Origin: Octopus bimaculoides
Lineage: Eukaryota
Direction: 5' to 3'
DNA length: 64,000 nucleotides
NCBI RefSeq assembly: GCF_001194135.2
Contig: NC_068984.1
Span: 27,811,323-27,875,322 of the forward strand
Shown piece after piece: positions 38,767-52,979 of this stretch. Each line of letters opens with the position of its first letter. Position 1 is the stretch's first letter. A model generated the notes under the pieces. That model ran no database searches and was not told the origin of the DNA. It worked only from the letters and a program-made list of their open reading frames with translations. Position numbers and translations under genes: made by a program.

Positions 38767-39752
38767 CTTATTCTATCCAGAGAATGAGACTAAGCATGAT
38801 CAATATACGTGTGTGTGTTTGTGTGTGTACGCGTGTGTGCGTGCGTGTATGTGAAAATGGGTGCGTGCATATGTATATGTATACAAAGAGAGAGAGAGAG
38901 GGGGGATAAAAAAGTAAATAGAGAGAATATTATGACACAGATTACTTTATTTGTGTTATTATTTCTTTTATCTCACTTTATATTTAACAACAAATCTGAG
39001 ATTTCGCTGTTGTTTTAATTATTATTATATTTCCAAACTTCATTAGTTTTTATTTCATTTTCACTTCTTTTCTTTACTTATACTTTTGTTTAATCAATGC
39101 AGAAATAAATTTGAAAATGAAATTAGAAAACTAAATTGAAGTACCACCTTTCTGGAAAGAAAACACATTCGCACATACAGACACACACACGTAAACTTAC
39201 ACTGGTATGCATACACAAAAACAAAATGGCAAGTGAAACGAAAATGAAACTACTGAGATGAAATTTCAACTCTTCATATGTCAAAACAGATGGAAACATG
39301 ATTGATGCATTTACACGTTTTTTCTCTCTCTGACGGTTTACAATAGAATAAAAAATGATTTCATGTTAAAATAGAATTCTAAAATGTTTTCTTAGAATAT
39401 CATATCATATTCTTTATTTCCTATTATGTTTAATCTTCGTAAGTTTTGTGGCTTCTAAAGCTACAAAAGCTAATAATAATGATAATAATAATAAACAAAG
39501 AAAAATATTGCTTTTTAACAACTTTTGTTATCAGCTAACCAAATTAACAAATTCCAGTTTCAAATTCATTTACAGAAGCAATCCTGTCTATTATATTCTT
39601 TACCAGTTACTCACAGTTTTTTTAATGATTGAAATCAATTTTCTGCGAGTTCCTAAATGAAACAGAATATTGGAACATATCGATAAAACATAATTTATTT
39701 GGTTTTTCACTCCTTTTTTTCTCTATCGTTCAAGTGCCCTCTCTTTCTGTAC

Positions 39753-39790
<38 letters not shown>

Positions 39791-39854
39791 NNNNNNNNNN
39801 NNNNNNNNNNNNNNNNNNNNNNNNNNNNNNNNNNNNNNNNNNNNNNNNNNNNNN

Positions 39855-39885
<31 letters not shown>

Positions 39886-39889
<4 letters not shown>

Positions 39890-40560
39890 CAAAAAAAGAT
39901 AATGAAGCCAAGACTGTGAGGAGTTTTCAGGACATTTATAAGGAAAGAGATATAGGTATAGTCTTACAGCTGTTTCTGGGATATTATGGATATCCCTTCA
40001 TCAGAGACGATGTGAGATGATTAAATAGAGGTAAATGTTTGAGTTTAAAATAAGGAATTATAATGGAAAAAGAAGAGATAGGGAATATAGAGGGAAATAA
40101 GAGAATGAATGTAGAAATTAAAAATAAAACATTGTAATTGCAGTTACATTATTCGAATAAATTGGTGTAGAGAAGTGGTAAAAAAATTTCCTGTACATGG
40201 TAAGTAAGTTTCAATAGTAGTTCATGTTTAGTCATTTCTAAGTATGGAGCCATGGATTCTGTGTCACTCATTCAGAGGGGTTTTGTAGTGTGAATGAAAA
40301 TTTGAGAATGTATTGGTAGTATTTGTGGATAGATAGGGTGAAAAACGTGAAAAGAAAAAATGAAAAAAGGGGTGAAAGAGGTGAGAAAAGGAGTGTTAGT
40401 TGGTAGTCAAGATAATGTGAAGGGAGGATGGTAGAGGGGTTGATAGGTTGGGGAGGGGTGGATAGGAAGAGATGAGATGGTAAGGAGCTAGCATGCAAGA
40501 ATCGTTGCCTTAAAAGTGCAGCTCGCTTCCTGCAAGTTGCCTGATCCTTCATCATCAAAG
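39886..40560 (-). mobile_element. Penelope-like 3' remnant ending at (TA)n
   Basis: Contains the hammerhead motif about 80 nt from the (TA)n; CT-rich body on the minus strand like the other copies. Confidence 0.45.
39961..40008 (-). ncRNA. Minimal type I hammerhead ribozyme motif with palindromic stem III
   Basis: GTCT-CTGATGA-A-GGGATA-tccataa-TATCCC-A-GAAA-CAGCTG-TA-AGAC; intact CUGAUGA, GAAA and GUA triplet. Confidence 0.75.
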
Positions 40561-41160
40561 TTCAAAAGGAGCTGGAAGCTGTGGATGAGAATCTAACATC
40601 AACTAAATGCAAAATGTATGCACCAAATCATAATACCCTGTGGCGTAATAAAAGAATTCTGAAAATTATTTTTACCAATTTATTTTCAAATACAGCTTTT
40701 CTTTGAAGAGCTCTGCATCTTTTGCTAAATTCATATAAATGACCTTGAAAAATCTAATGCATTCTGTATATAAAATATTTATGCATAACACAAAGGAATA
40801 ACAGTAAAATTCAGGCAAATACTTTTTAGTGCACTTTGTGGTAACACAACTTGCCTCACCAGATCCAACAAGTGGTGATAGAGTGATAATTATTATGAAC
40901 CATGTAGGCCACATAATTGCATTTTTTACTCCAGTCCGGTTAGTAAATCCAAAGTTCATTTCCAAATATTTCAGAGTGTTAATATAAAACACAAAAAAGA
41001 ATGGAGAATTATACATTTTAAATTCATAATTCAAAATCCACAATTTACTTTCTTGTGTTTCAGATGAGAAACTGTTACATAATACAAATTATAGACTATA
41101 AATTATAAATAAAATATATATAATTCTTTATACTGCTTTGTGTATTAATTATATGTATAT

Positions 41161-41269
41161 GGTACAAGGCTATAGTAGAAAACACTTGCCCAAGGTACCA
41201 TGCAATGGAACTGAACCCAGAACCATGTAGTTGGGAAGCAAACTTCTTACCACACAGCCATGCCTATGC
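41161..41269 (-). mobile_element. 5' part of a tRNA-derived CORE-like SINE
   Basis: Minus GGCTGTGTGGTAAGAAGTTTGCTTCCCAAC…GGTACCTTGGGCAAGTGTTTTCTACTATAGCC; CORE-like CCTTGGGCAAG. Confidence 0.8.
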
Positions 41270-41481
41270 TTGTGTGCAGCAAGCTCCAGAAATAAGACCA
41301 AACTAGAAAAGGTGTGCACTATATGAGATATATGGTGAGAGAATGTAAGGACATCACCACGACTTACACAGGGGAAGCAACCAATCCAAAGTTTATGTGC
41401 AAAATCTGCAGGATTCTAGCTGGGACACAATGAAAAGACACAAACATCTGTACTCTCTCAACATGCCATACAGAATCACTG

Positions 41482-41675
41482 TCATCATCATCATCATCAT
41501 CATCATCGTTTAACGTCCACTTTCCATGCTAGCATGGGTTGGACGATTTGACTGAGGACTGGTGAAACCAGATGGCTACACAAGGCTCCAATCTGATTCG
41601 GCAGAGTTTCTACAGCTGGATGCCCTTCCTAATGCCAGCCACTCCGAGAGTGTAGTGGGTGCTTTTACGTGCCAC
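41482..41675 (-). mobile_element. RTE 3' tail copy with (GAT)n
   Basis: Homologous to 5103-5310 and to the reverse complement of 7360-7535. Confidence 0.88.
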
Positions 41676-44600
41676 AATAAAAATGTTGAAGGACAAATTC
41701 TTTCCAGATTGCAAAAGACCACAGAAGCACATAAATTTCAGAAGCTATACAGTTACATGAAGATGGACCCTCACACACAATTCTTATAAAGAACATGTAG
41801 TGCAACAATGCCCTGTCTATGCCATCACCACTCACAATCACAGCATGACAAAAGTAAGGTTAAATAAATTTTTAAAAACATCTAAGGTCAACCACTGCAA
41901 TAAGGTACATATGCACTGACATGTTTTTAATGCTGGCAGCAACAAAAGGAAGTAAATAAAATAGAGAAACACTTCATCAACTTACATGCTTACTATGGAG
42001 ATGTACTATGAATAAAATCAGTTAAAAACTAAGTATTTGAAAATATATACCAAGAGATTGAATATCTAAGAGAATGATGTAGTGAAAAAAATATTGTGGG
42101 GAATAAAGACAAGCAAAAAGAAAAGAAAGATAGACAAATAACAACTGGTTAGTGTGTTTATAGGCAATAACAGCATATGCGCATGTGTGTATACGTGTGT
42201 GCACATGGGAATAAATTGATATACTTCACAATATATTTCCCTATATATTCCCATAAACAAAATTTTAAATGTTTCTAAACTTAATATTGACACCTTCAAT
42301 CAATAAAATATATAACAACATACTAGACAGAAAATATATACCAAGTCATTTCATAAATAGGGATTTAGCTTTTAATAAATAAATCATTATATATCAAACT
42401 TCCAGATAGTTTATCCTCTTGTGTTAGTATTTTTTTTTTCTTTACATAACATTCTGCCTGTTTTCATCTCTTCTTCATAACAATATATACTGATAGGTGC
42501 TAAGTTTTGGATGATGTCAGCACTGTAGCACTCATGAGAGTTGCAATTCATTTTTTAAGAACAAAGTAAATCTAGATATTGAATAAGCAAAAAAAATTGC
42601 TCAACTTATTTGAAGAACAAAAAGAATTTCATCTGGCCCTCACCCATTCACCCTGAACTACATTTTGGCTTTTATTTAGACAGTTCTTCAGACATCTTCA
42701 TTGATTTAATTTATACATATATACATACATACATGCAAATATGTGTGCATAAATAGATGTATAAATACATATATAACATATTTATGCATAAATACATAAC
42801 ATATATATATATATATGCACATGTGTGTGCATTTATGCATATTAATATATGTATACAGTTATATATATATACACATATATGTAACTACATTTGTATATAT
42901 ACAAGGATACATAGACATAAATATATGCATCTATATTTGCGTATGTGTGTGTGTGAGAGAGAGTGTGTGTGTGTGCCCATGTGTCTATATATTTCCACAA
43001 ACACACACACACACATATATATATATGTATAAATGTGTGTGTAAGTATGTAATTTTTTTCAATTTAGTACTTTGTTCCTGTAATATGAATATGCATATCC
43101 ATACATACATTCCCCCACTGCTCTTCTGTCATAACTCATATTCTTTACACATCCAAAAGTTTCAACATTTCTAAAAGAAAATGCCCATTAGCCTCTTACC
43201 ATATTTTTTTCATTTTTTTTTCTTATAAATCACAAGTAAAAAATGTTTAAGAATATACATCTTGGCGTGGTGAGAGTGTAGATGTAAGCATACAGAAAGT
43301 TTTACTAATGTCAGTGGGAAAAAAACTTCAAAGTTTGTGGTGAATTGCTAAGTGAGCCAATACTAGAATAGTCAATCCTAATATACAACTGAGTCAAGCC
43401 TGCTGACTACTGTTCAAAATGTCAACTCTTATTAATCTTCTATATTGGAGATTTCTCTATATCGATCTAAAGTTTGCAAAATTGTTTTCAACATCAAAAT
43501 CATGTTGATATATCTAAAATGACATACATTCATAAACATATTTAGTATGGAATTAGTTATAATAGTTATAAAGGAAAAAAAAAAAATGTTGATGACTTCA
43601 CTTACAATGTAGAAAAACACATGTATGAAAAAAAAAAAAACAATAGCAAAAATAAATCAAATTCCGTCAAATGAAATAAGATATGTGAATAAAGGTTTTT
43701 ATAAACTGGGGCATTTCTGATATGCTGCTGTAAATATGTTATTCTGTTCTGTTATTATTACAATCTGTTCTGTTTCACTTATTTAAGTAAATCTTGAGAC
43801 TATTCAACTTGAGAGACAAAACGGTGACAAAAAATTTATAGGTTTCAAAATTATTTGACATGCAATAGAAAAAGAGGGGAATGTATTTTACTCAGGTGTA
43901 TCTAGAAGCATGATACTTTTTAAAATATACATTTTATATGAAATGCAATTGTATTGTCAATTTCTTTCACAAAGTTTTTATTTAGATTATTAATCAGAAA
44001 AGTACTGTGATCCCTTTTCGGGTCTTGAAAGCTTTCCACATACTTGAATATTGCAGTATTAAACAAATCATTTACGTATGCTCTTATTTAATACATTTTG
44101 GGTAAAATCTCACAGAAATCATTATGTAACACTATTTAGTGGACACTATTTATTACAAGAATTACTCAGAAAAACAGATTCCCAGTAACTTTTTCATTAC
44201 CCATTGATACTGAGTTTACATAAATTGCTAATTCCTTTGGTTAAAAATGCATTTTCACTTCTGTTTTATCATTATGGAATATTTCATATTTCATGATAAT
44301 AAAATTTTGCTTCACTCATCAAGTAAACTTGAATCCGAGTTCAAAAACTGCTGAGATCAAACTTTGAATTTCATCTTTTCGCGGTTGATGAAATATGGGG
44401 TTGATGTAATTGATTTGCCCTTCCTCTCAGAAACTACTGATCTGGATCAAAATTTGAAACCATTATTATTGTTGTTGATGTTGATGACGATGCTGTTGTT
44501 GTTCTCATTATATCAAAGATTCATGTTGAAGAATTCAATGAATTCATGCCTTGATATTTAGCAACAAGTCTCCCCAATTCCAAAGAACTTTGAAATAGAT

Positions 44601-46282
44601 GCTCATGGAATAAAAGTTAACAATCTTCAATGATTCACACAGCTTGTTTTGGATATTTCCAGTTCTAATGCATGGAATTAAATTTTGGCACTGTTTATAA
44701 ATGGCCTAGCTTAGTTACATCATTCCACTGATGAAGTCTTCATTGCACCCTGCTTCAGTGTTTTCCAAATACTGAATACCGAGGGCAGATATCTTATTTC
44801 TAGACTTTGTCTAGGTGTCTTTTTGCTTCAGCTAATTAATCATCCTTAACTTGATCTGTTTTATAATCATTAGGCGCTGTTACTAATTCAAAATTTGTCT
44901 GGTGTGAAAGAATATATTGCAGTTATATTACAAATTATTTATTCTACTATTAACAGAATATATGTGTGTGTGGGTGGGGGTGGGGGTGGATGATGCATGT
45001 GTCTATGTGTATGTGATTAAATGCATGCATATAAATATTTACTTATTCAAATGAAATATGCTTCTGTGTATGCATGTGTGGTGTGGGATGTATGTATGTG
45101 TATATGTTTCGGTAAATGGATGGGTGTAATTTCACTTAATGTATAAATTATAAGATATATATAAAGATTCATGATTGCTAATATTGCATTTTAATCTTAT
45201 CAGATCAAACATATATAGTAAATTACATCTTTATCAGCTACTTAAACTCTGAGAATGAAAAATTAAAATAATAGAAAAGAAAGAAATTATATAAATTATT
45301 ATAAATCGAATCAGATCAAATTAGATAAAATAGATAAAAAAGCAAAAATGATAGAATTCAATACATATCTAAAATACAATTTATAATAGCAAAAATTCAG
45401 TATTATATTTTATATATTTTTCTGTCCATTTCTTGCTTAAATTAATTTCCTCAGATTAGTAATCAAGGATCAAATTCCAAAATGAAGAAGAAATTATTGT
45501 CTGATACTTAATTTCTGCATAAAAGATTATAAATTTCTGTATGTTTATTCAACTTCATTTATTCATCGTTTTTATAGATGTGATTGCATATGTTTTCAGA
45601 AAATATATATTTGCAATAGGTTTATAATATAGGTGAAATAACAGGTCATATGCATGTAATTAAATGTTTTGTTGAGGTTTTTATTTTATGTGACATAATA
45701 CTTTTACTAACAATATGAGTGAATATAACATTGTCAGTCAGCATTAATCATAACAAATGTTTGATTTAAATAACATTTATATAAATGTAACTCAGGGCAT
45801 TGAACTGCTAGAATTGATTAATTTTTAAACAAAATAATATGTGATATTTACTTATGTACCAATAACTTTTGATTTCAAATCTTTCTGAAAGTGAATTTGA
45901 TCATTCATCCTTCCAGTGTGAAAAAATCAGTTCAAGTCAAGTACTGAAGTTGATATAATTGATTGCTCCATCTCCCAATTGTACAACCTTTTGCCTATGC
46001 TAGAAAACAATATTAAATGAAACTTGAACAAGAGACAGAAGAGAGTAGATTATTGAAACTTGTGTTTTCATAGTGATTCATAAAGTGTTTATCCAAGGGC
46101 AACAATGTGGCAGACATTGTAGATTGGTAGACATTGTTTTATACACTAGCTGATTCTGTTTGTTTGCATTCAGAATTTTAAATTTTGCAAGGCATATCTT
46201 TGTCTTTTATCCCAGTAGGGCTAAATAATATAAGTCTCAGTAATGTACAGTAAGGCAGTTCAGTGTCTTTTGACGCATTTGA

Positions 46283-46355
<73 letters not shown>

Positions 46356-46445
46356 CTTCTGTTTCCCTGTCTCACTGTGTAATTTTTATTTATTTCATAG
46401 ACTTTTCTACTCTTCACTGGATGCAAACATTTGTCAAGACAGACA

Positions 46446-46545
46446 ATGGAGCCTGGTGTAGATCTCAGCCTTTTCAGGTCCTGTCAAATCTTCCAGCCCA
46501 TGCCAACATGGAAAACGGATGTTAAATGATGATGTTGATGATGAT
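46446..46545 (+). mobile_element. RTE 3' tail fragment with (GAT)n
   Basis: GGAGCCTGGTGTAG…CCCATGCCAACATGGAAAACGGATGTTAAATGATGATG. Confidence 0.75.
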
Positions 46546-46677
46546 GCTGATTTACATATATATATGTATGTATGTATGTATGAATGGATGGATGCAGGCG
46601 TGCATAGGCTATTTGAGAACATGACATTTTAAAGTTATTACTGTTTTCAAATTAAATTTGTCATTTAGAAGATAACA

Positions 46678-47298
46678 ATGGCAGACACTCAGCTTACTCA
46701 AGAAATGAAGAGGCATGCAGTAATTGTGGCCAGAAAGGCTGAGCAGTCATTTAGAGGTAGCTCAGTTTTGAAAACTGCCAGATATTTCATCAACAAAGTT
46801 TGCAGGGAGTTAGGAGCTGCAGATGGAAAGGTATTGCCAGTATTGCGAAAAACATTTCCAATGCTCCGGTACCATCAGAATACTTATGCTTCTCCTATTC
46901 TTTCCACAAAGCCTTAGAGTCAACTCTGCTGGCTACATTGAGGTCCTGAAATTAGTTGCCAAGTCCCGTACAGACAGAGATCACAATAGAAGGCTGTGTG
47001 TGCTTCAGCGGGTCTCTGCATCACCATATAAGACTCAAGCAATCCCAAAATGGATGACTGACAATTTTCAGAACTTCATAACCCTAACATTTGGCCCCCA
47101 CACTCAACAGATCTTAATTTATTGGACTACTATGTCTGAAGTGTTGTTGAGAGAGAGGTCAATTAACATTCCCATATCACCAAGGATTCTTTGAAAATAA
47201 TGCCCGATATGAACCAGGACCATTTAATTCAAGCATGTAGGAGATTCAGGTCTTGCACAGAAGCAGTTATTAAAGCTGAAGGTGTTTACACTGGATAA
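46678..47298 (+). mobile_element. Internally deleted Tc1/mariner-superfamily transposase (maT-like) pseudogene
   Basis: VLQRVSAS (QQDSAP-like)…IWPPHSTDLNLLDYYV*SVVEREVN…IQACRRFRSCTEAVIKAEG, matching the WPPNSPDLNPLDY motif. Confidence 0.85.
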
Positions 47299-49533
47299 GA
47301 TTATAAAGGATATAATCAAGTCTTTATGTACAAATTTTTTCATTAATAAAGTTTTCTGTTATTATATGTATCTTTTTCTAAAAGAACAGATTATCTACAT
47401 GTGTAGTGTTGCTGCCACAGTAAGGTGCATTCAGTACACTATGTTTAGCATCAGTCCAAGTCGACACTTTAGTCTTGTTGAAGGGATGATAACCTTTACA
47501 GTGTTGATGCTATTGTAACATGTAACCAAAACATTCTATTTAGTGGTTGGTGTTTGGAAGTGTATCAAGCTGTAGAAACTAAGTCATAGACAAAGTGAAA
47601 TTCATGAGCAATTTGTGATCCAACGATCCACCTAGGTGAGTAATATCTCTAAATAAAAACTTACTCATGTCAGAATGACTTGTCCAACCCAAGACTCATA
47701 CTAACATGGAAAGGGCTTGAAAAATGATGATGAAGATATTTAAATATATACATACTATGAAATTCAGTTTATAATGTAGTATTCATGGGTGCATACATGA
47801 ATGAAAGATATAATATTGTTTCCACTGGGCATGCATTACCAGGGGGCATTGCATTAGCAATGCCTTAAATATAGATAACCCTCAAAACAGCAAAAATTAA
47901 TGCTTATGTATTATAACAGACCATTTTCTTTAGACAGTAGATGTCAACCTCCTTTTATGTGGCACTGTATTTAACACAAAGGCAAAAATATCAATATCTA
48001 TTACAGTTATCTAAATGATAAAATGATCAGTAAGAGAGTGAGCCATCACTTAAAACATATATGAACAAATATTTTATAGGAATTTTCAAACTAAATAGGA
48101 TAAATCTGACAATTCAATCAATAAAGTGTTGAAATAAATTGATATTTTATTCATTTAGTTTTAATAGCAAGCATCTTTATGAAAAATCAGAATCTAAAGA
48201 GCAGACAGTAATTTAAATCCCAACATAAAATAGTGATTGTATTCCAACACTTCATAAACCAATTGAAATCTAAAGTGTTAAAGATAACAACAATTAAGAA
48301 CCATGTAAAATATGGCTCAAACATTTGGTCAGTTGAAATGGGGAACACATTTGTACTGACTTCTTATTCTAGTAAAAAGTAGTAACTCAATACACACTGA
48401 CTGCCAGGAATGGAATCAATGTTGTAGTCAGTTATTGTCAATGCAGATGCATAACATGAATGATCTCTTACTCATGATTGAATAAAAATATCAATAATAA
48501 AAATATTACACACTCTATTATAAGCAGTGGATATTTGCTTTAAGAATTAAAAAAAAAAAACAGGCTTTGTTTTTGAAATGAGATAAGTTTAATACCTTAT
48601 CTTATCGTACTAAAATATATAACAAAACATACCCTAAAATCTGAATTGAAAAGATGTGATATTTTCAATTAATGCTCATAAATTAACACTATTGAGAGCA
48701 CTGATGTGAATCAGGTGAATAATGGATAATTTACTCTTTAATTTGAAATATATTATGATGATAGTAAAGCGTATATCTCCACAGTATACAGATAACATTT
48801 ATGTGAAACTACAATGGGAAAAGAGACAGTTTTATATAGGAATCAATTCGTAGCTATATGCAGATGCAGATATTTAATCCTTTTATAAGAAAAACGATGT
48901 CAATAAATATAGGAACAGAGATAATCTGGGAAGAATGATGGCTATATCATTCACACACTGAATTATATACTTTACTATAGAAGAGTAAGAGTTAGTATAT
49001 AAATATCTATTAAATGACAGTGAAGTGATAATAGAGATGTCTCAAGTCCATAGCATTCTGATGATAAATGACAGCTTTGCCAGCAGTTGCCGGAAAATAT
49101 CTCTGTGGCTTTATATCTGCATTTTTCCTTGGCAAAAAATCATTCCATGATTGAAGTACATGCATGCAATCTAAGCTGAATTTATTGTTTCCCTTCAAAA
49201 GAAAGAGTATTAGTGAAACATTATAGATAAAATATGACGAGGAACACCTATTGGCATCAAGCTAAAGGATGGACATTTTACTATTTTATGGGGAGCATAT
49301 TACGATATTAGATAAATATAAATTCGCAAAATATAAAGAATATGACATATGCAGTTAAAACTAATCAGTTATTGAAATCTAGGCCAGCCAACAGATAAAT
49401 GAACTCTGATGTGAAATTAAGTCACCCAAATGGTGTAGATGGGACACATAAAAGAGAAGTCAGCATGTGGTCGGTTAAACGATTAAACAACTGAATCCTC
49501 ATTGTCGAAACCGATGATCAAACATCCATATAA

Positions 49534-49576
<43 letters not shown>

Positions 49577-51112
49577 TTTTGAGCTGCATCTACATTCGTC
49601 AGATGGCATGTCAAAGACGAGATTTTTTAACATACCGTTGATATTATTGTTGGCGTTCAGTATTGAAAAATTGATGCATTGTAAACTTGTTTGGTCCTAT
49701 TCGTTTACACTTGGTTAATCAATCAAGTTATATTTAGCTTTTGCAGCATCTCTTGTAGAATTTGTTTCACGACAATTTTATGTTATTTCCGTTTTGTCTT
49801 TTTTTATCATTTTTGCGAGTAATTATTAGCTATTTCGCTACTGTGCTATTTTGGTACTGCCTTACTTCCTTTCTGTAGCGAGTGCCTTTTATTTCTCTTT
49901 TCTTCATTCTTGAAAGTGTATTTATGCTTCAAGAAACAACTTTAAAGCTACCTCTGTTTATGCCGTTATAATTTGTTTCCTTTCTGTCGTTGTAAATTGA
50001 AAATACATACATACATATGTATTTATGTATAAGTATATACACACATACTTTTTTAGGAAAGCTATGCCTCGAAGCACATAGATAAAATTATGAATATGAT
50101 ATCAGCAAACAATACCCACTCATACACACACACACACACACATGCATGTATATAAGTAACGGCCGGTACTTGCAATGAAGGATATCTTAGTAGATGTCAC
50201 AGTACCTTCGTTGATTATTATATATGCCCATGTAATCATAAGCAGAAAAAGACCATCTAACGGTGCCCCATCCTTGATTCAGCAGATGATCGAGATTGTG
50301 ACAGTTAAAAATGCTTCCATAATCACTTGGATCTTTGCTAATATCATTTTCGCAAAGAAATGCGTTTTGCTACACACACACAAACATATACGTGAGATGT
50401 TAATTCTAAATGTATTGGTCGAGTTGTAATAAGATACTTGTGGCATTAAGTCATCGCCCTTTCCGAACTGTGGTTAAATTTTGCTGTGGTTAAACTTACC
50501 ATCCGTTCTTTCAGAATTAGTACAATATGTACTAGTCAAGTACATATTGTGAGAATTGGTAAGATAGAATGGCAGAAAAATTCGCAACTGCATTTGTTTC
50601 GGCTTTTTAAATTCTGAATTCAAATCCCACCAAATTATGCTTTTCATTCTTTTCGAGATCGATAAATCTATGTAATCAAATCTTCTAACACTAAAACTAC
50701 TAGCCCTGTGCCTAAATTTGAACCAGTTATCAATGCTAATTTCCGTAAATTGTTTTAATTTTTTGTTTTATTTTAATTTCTGTATTTTGAGCTCGTTTAT
50801 AAATTTGGTTGCAACAATAGAGGCTGTATGGGGACTCAGGAATTTGTTCATAGAAGTTACTCTTTGACTTTTTTCTACACGTGATATTTAAGAAGTTAGT
50901 TGTTCCTTTACAACAGCGTTTTTTTTCTTTTCCAGTGATGCATTGCTGGGAGCAAGGCTGTATCCAGTCAAGATCAATATGTATATATAGATATTTATAA
51001 CAACGTCTCTATATGCAAGTGTCTATTCATTTCAGTCCATCATAATTGGTAATGAGTGCGCTTGTGTTTGTGAATGCATATAATAGAGTGACATTGCATT
51101 AGTAGAAAATTC

Positions 51113-51182
<70 letters not shown>

Positions 51183-52244
51183 AAATAGTAAATGAGTATA
51201 TGCATATATACGTACAGGTATGTGCGTACCGACATCCACCTGTATGTATAGGTGCNNNNNNNNNNNNNNNNNNNNNNNNNNNNNNNNNNNNNNNNNNNNN
51301 NNNNNNNNNNNNNNNNNNNNNNNNNNNNNNNNNNNNNNNNNNNNNNNNNNNNNNNNNNNNNNNNNNNNNNNNNNNNNNNNNNNNNNNNNNNNNNNNNNNN
51401 NNNNNNNNNNNNNNNNNNNNNNNNNNNNNNNNNNNNNNNNNNNNNNNNNNNNNNNNNNNNNNNNNNNNNNNNNNNNNNNNNNNNNNNNNNNNNNNNNNNN
51501 NNNNNNNNNNNNNNNNNNNNNNNNNNNNNNNNNNNNNNNNNNNNNNNNNNNNNNNNNNNNNNNNNNNNNNNNNNNNNNNNNNNNNNNNNNNNNNNNNNNN
51601 NNNNNNNNNNNNNNNNNNNNNNNNNNNNNNNNNNNNNNNNNNNNNNNNNNNNNNNNNNNNNNNNNNNNNNNNNNNNNNNNNNNNNNNNNNNNNNNNNNNN
51701 NNNNNNNNNNNNNNNNNNNNNNNNNNNNNNNNNNNNNNNNNNNNNNNNNNNNNNNNNNNNNNNNNNNNNNNNNNNNNNNNNNNNNNNNNNNNNNNNNNNN
51801 NNNNNNNNNNNNNNNNNNNNNNNNNNNNNNNNNNNNNNNNNNNNNNNNNNNNNNNNNNNNNNNNNNNNNNNNNNNNNNNNNNNNNNNNNNNNNNNNNNNN
51901 NNNNNNNNNNNNNNNNNNNNNNNNNNNNNNNNNNNNNNNNNNNNNNNNNNNNNNNNNNNNNNNNNNNNNNNNNNNNNNNNNNNNNNNNNNNNNNNNNNNN
52001 NNNNNNNNNNNNNNNNNNNNNNNNNNNNNNNNNNNNNNNNNNNNNNNNNNNNNNNNNNNNNNNNNNNNNNNNNNNNNNNNNNNNNNNNNNNNNNNNNNNN
52101 NNNNNNNNNNNNNNNNNNNNNNNNNNNNNNNNNNNNNNNNNNNNNNNNNNNNNNNNNNNNNNNNNNNNNNNNNNNNNNNNNNNNNNNNNNNNNNNNNNNN
52201 NNNNNNNNNNNNNNNNNNNNNNNNNNNNNNNNNNNNNNNNNNNN

Positions 52245-52450
52245 TGGTTACAGGACATTGCAAACAAAACGTAGTCGAGAAAACACACAAGCCACATAGA
52301 GAACATTCTACTGCATCAGCAACCCCCGTTTTAACACCGGCGTTTCGAAGAGCTGGGCAGGACGCATCGTTAAAACGGCTCTTCCCATGGACCGCAAATT
52401 AAATTTGTATACACAAATTAAATCTTGCCATGGAGGAACGTAGTGGCGGA
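52245..52450. repeat. Unclassified GC-richer interspersed repeat fragment
   Basis: GAAGAGC…GCTCTTC hairpin; recalled as a repeated cephalopod sequence, not verified. Confidence 0.3.
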
Positions 52451-52935
52451 CAAAAAACAAGATAGGATTGATATAAAGAGAGAGAAAGACAGAGAGAGAA
52501 AGAAAAAGAGAGGAGAGAGGTACGAACGTTGAATTGTGAATGATATTACTGATATTGCTGATATTGAATGTTTATCGCGTGGCATGAGCTTCGCACCACA
52601 GCGATTTTCAGGGGAAATTATTACTTCTCGTTTTCATGGTATATTCATATTAATCGGCATGAGTGTAGTCTCTTGCTTTTCTCAGTCCATTGATTGGCAT
52701 TTTGCATTTGCTGATTGGTCGTTCCTTTCTGATTCAGATACCTTATGTGAAGTGAATATTATTTTTCTCATATTTGTTGGCGAGAGATCGCGCTTTTACT
52801 TAGGTTTGCGAAATGAATGTACCTTTTAATCAAATTCAGACAGTTTTGGTCAAGTTTGTGTTGATTGGTATCGTATTTTGTTTGCAAATATTGTTATTTT
52901 GGTCAAGATTATGGAATCTGAATAGCTTGTTTTTT

Positions 52936-52979
<44 letters not shown>

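Noticed and set aside
40672-41043. 123-aa minus-strand ORF
   Set aside because: No recognisable domain, no canonical ATG start, composition like AT-rich background.
44727-44760. CTGATGAAGTC motif
   Set aside because: No stem II closure or GAAA; chance 7-mer.
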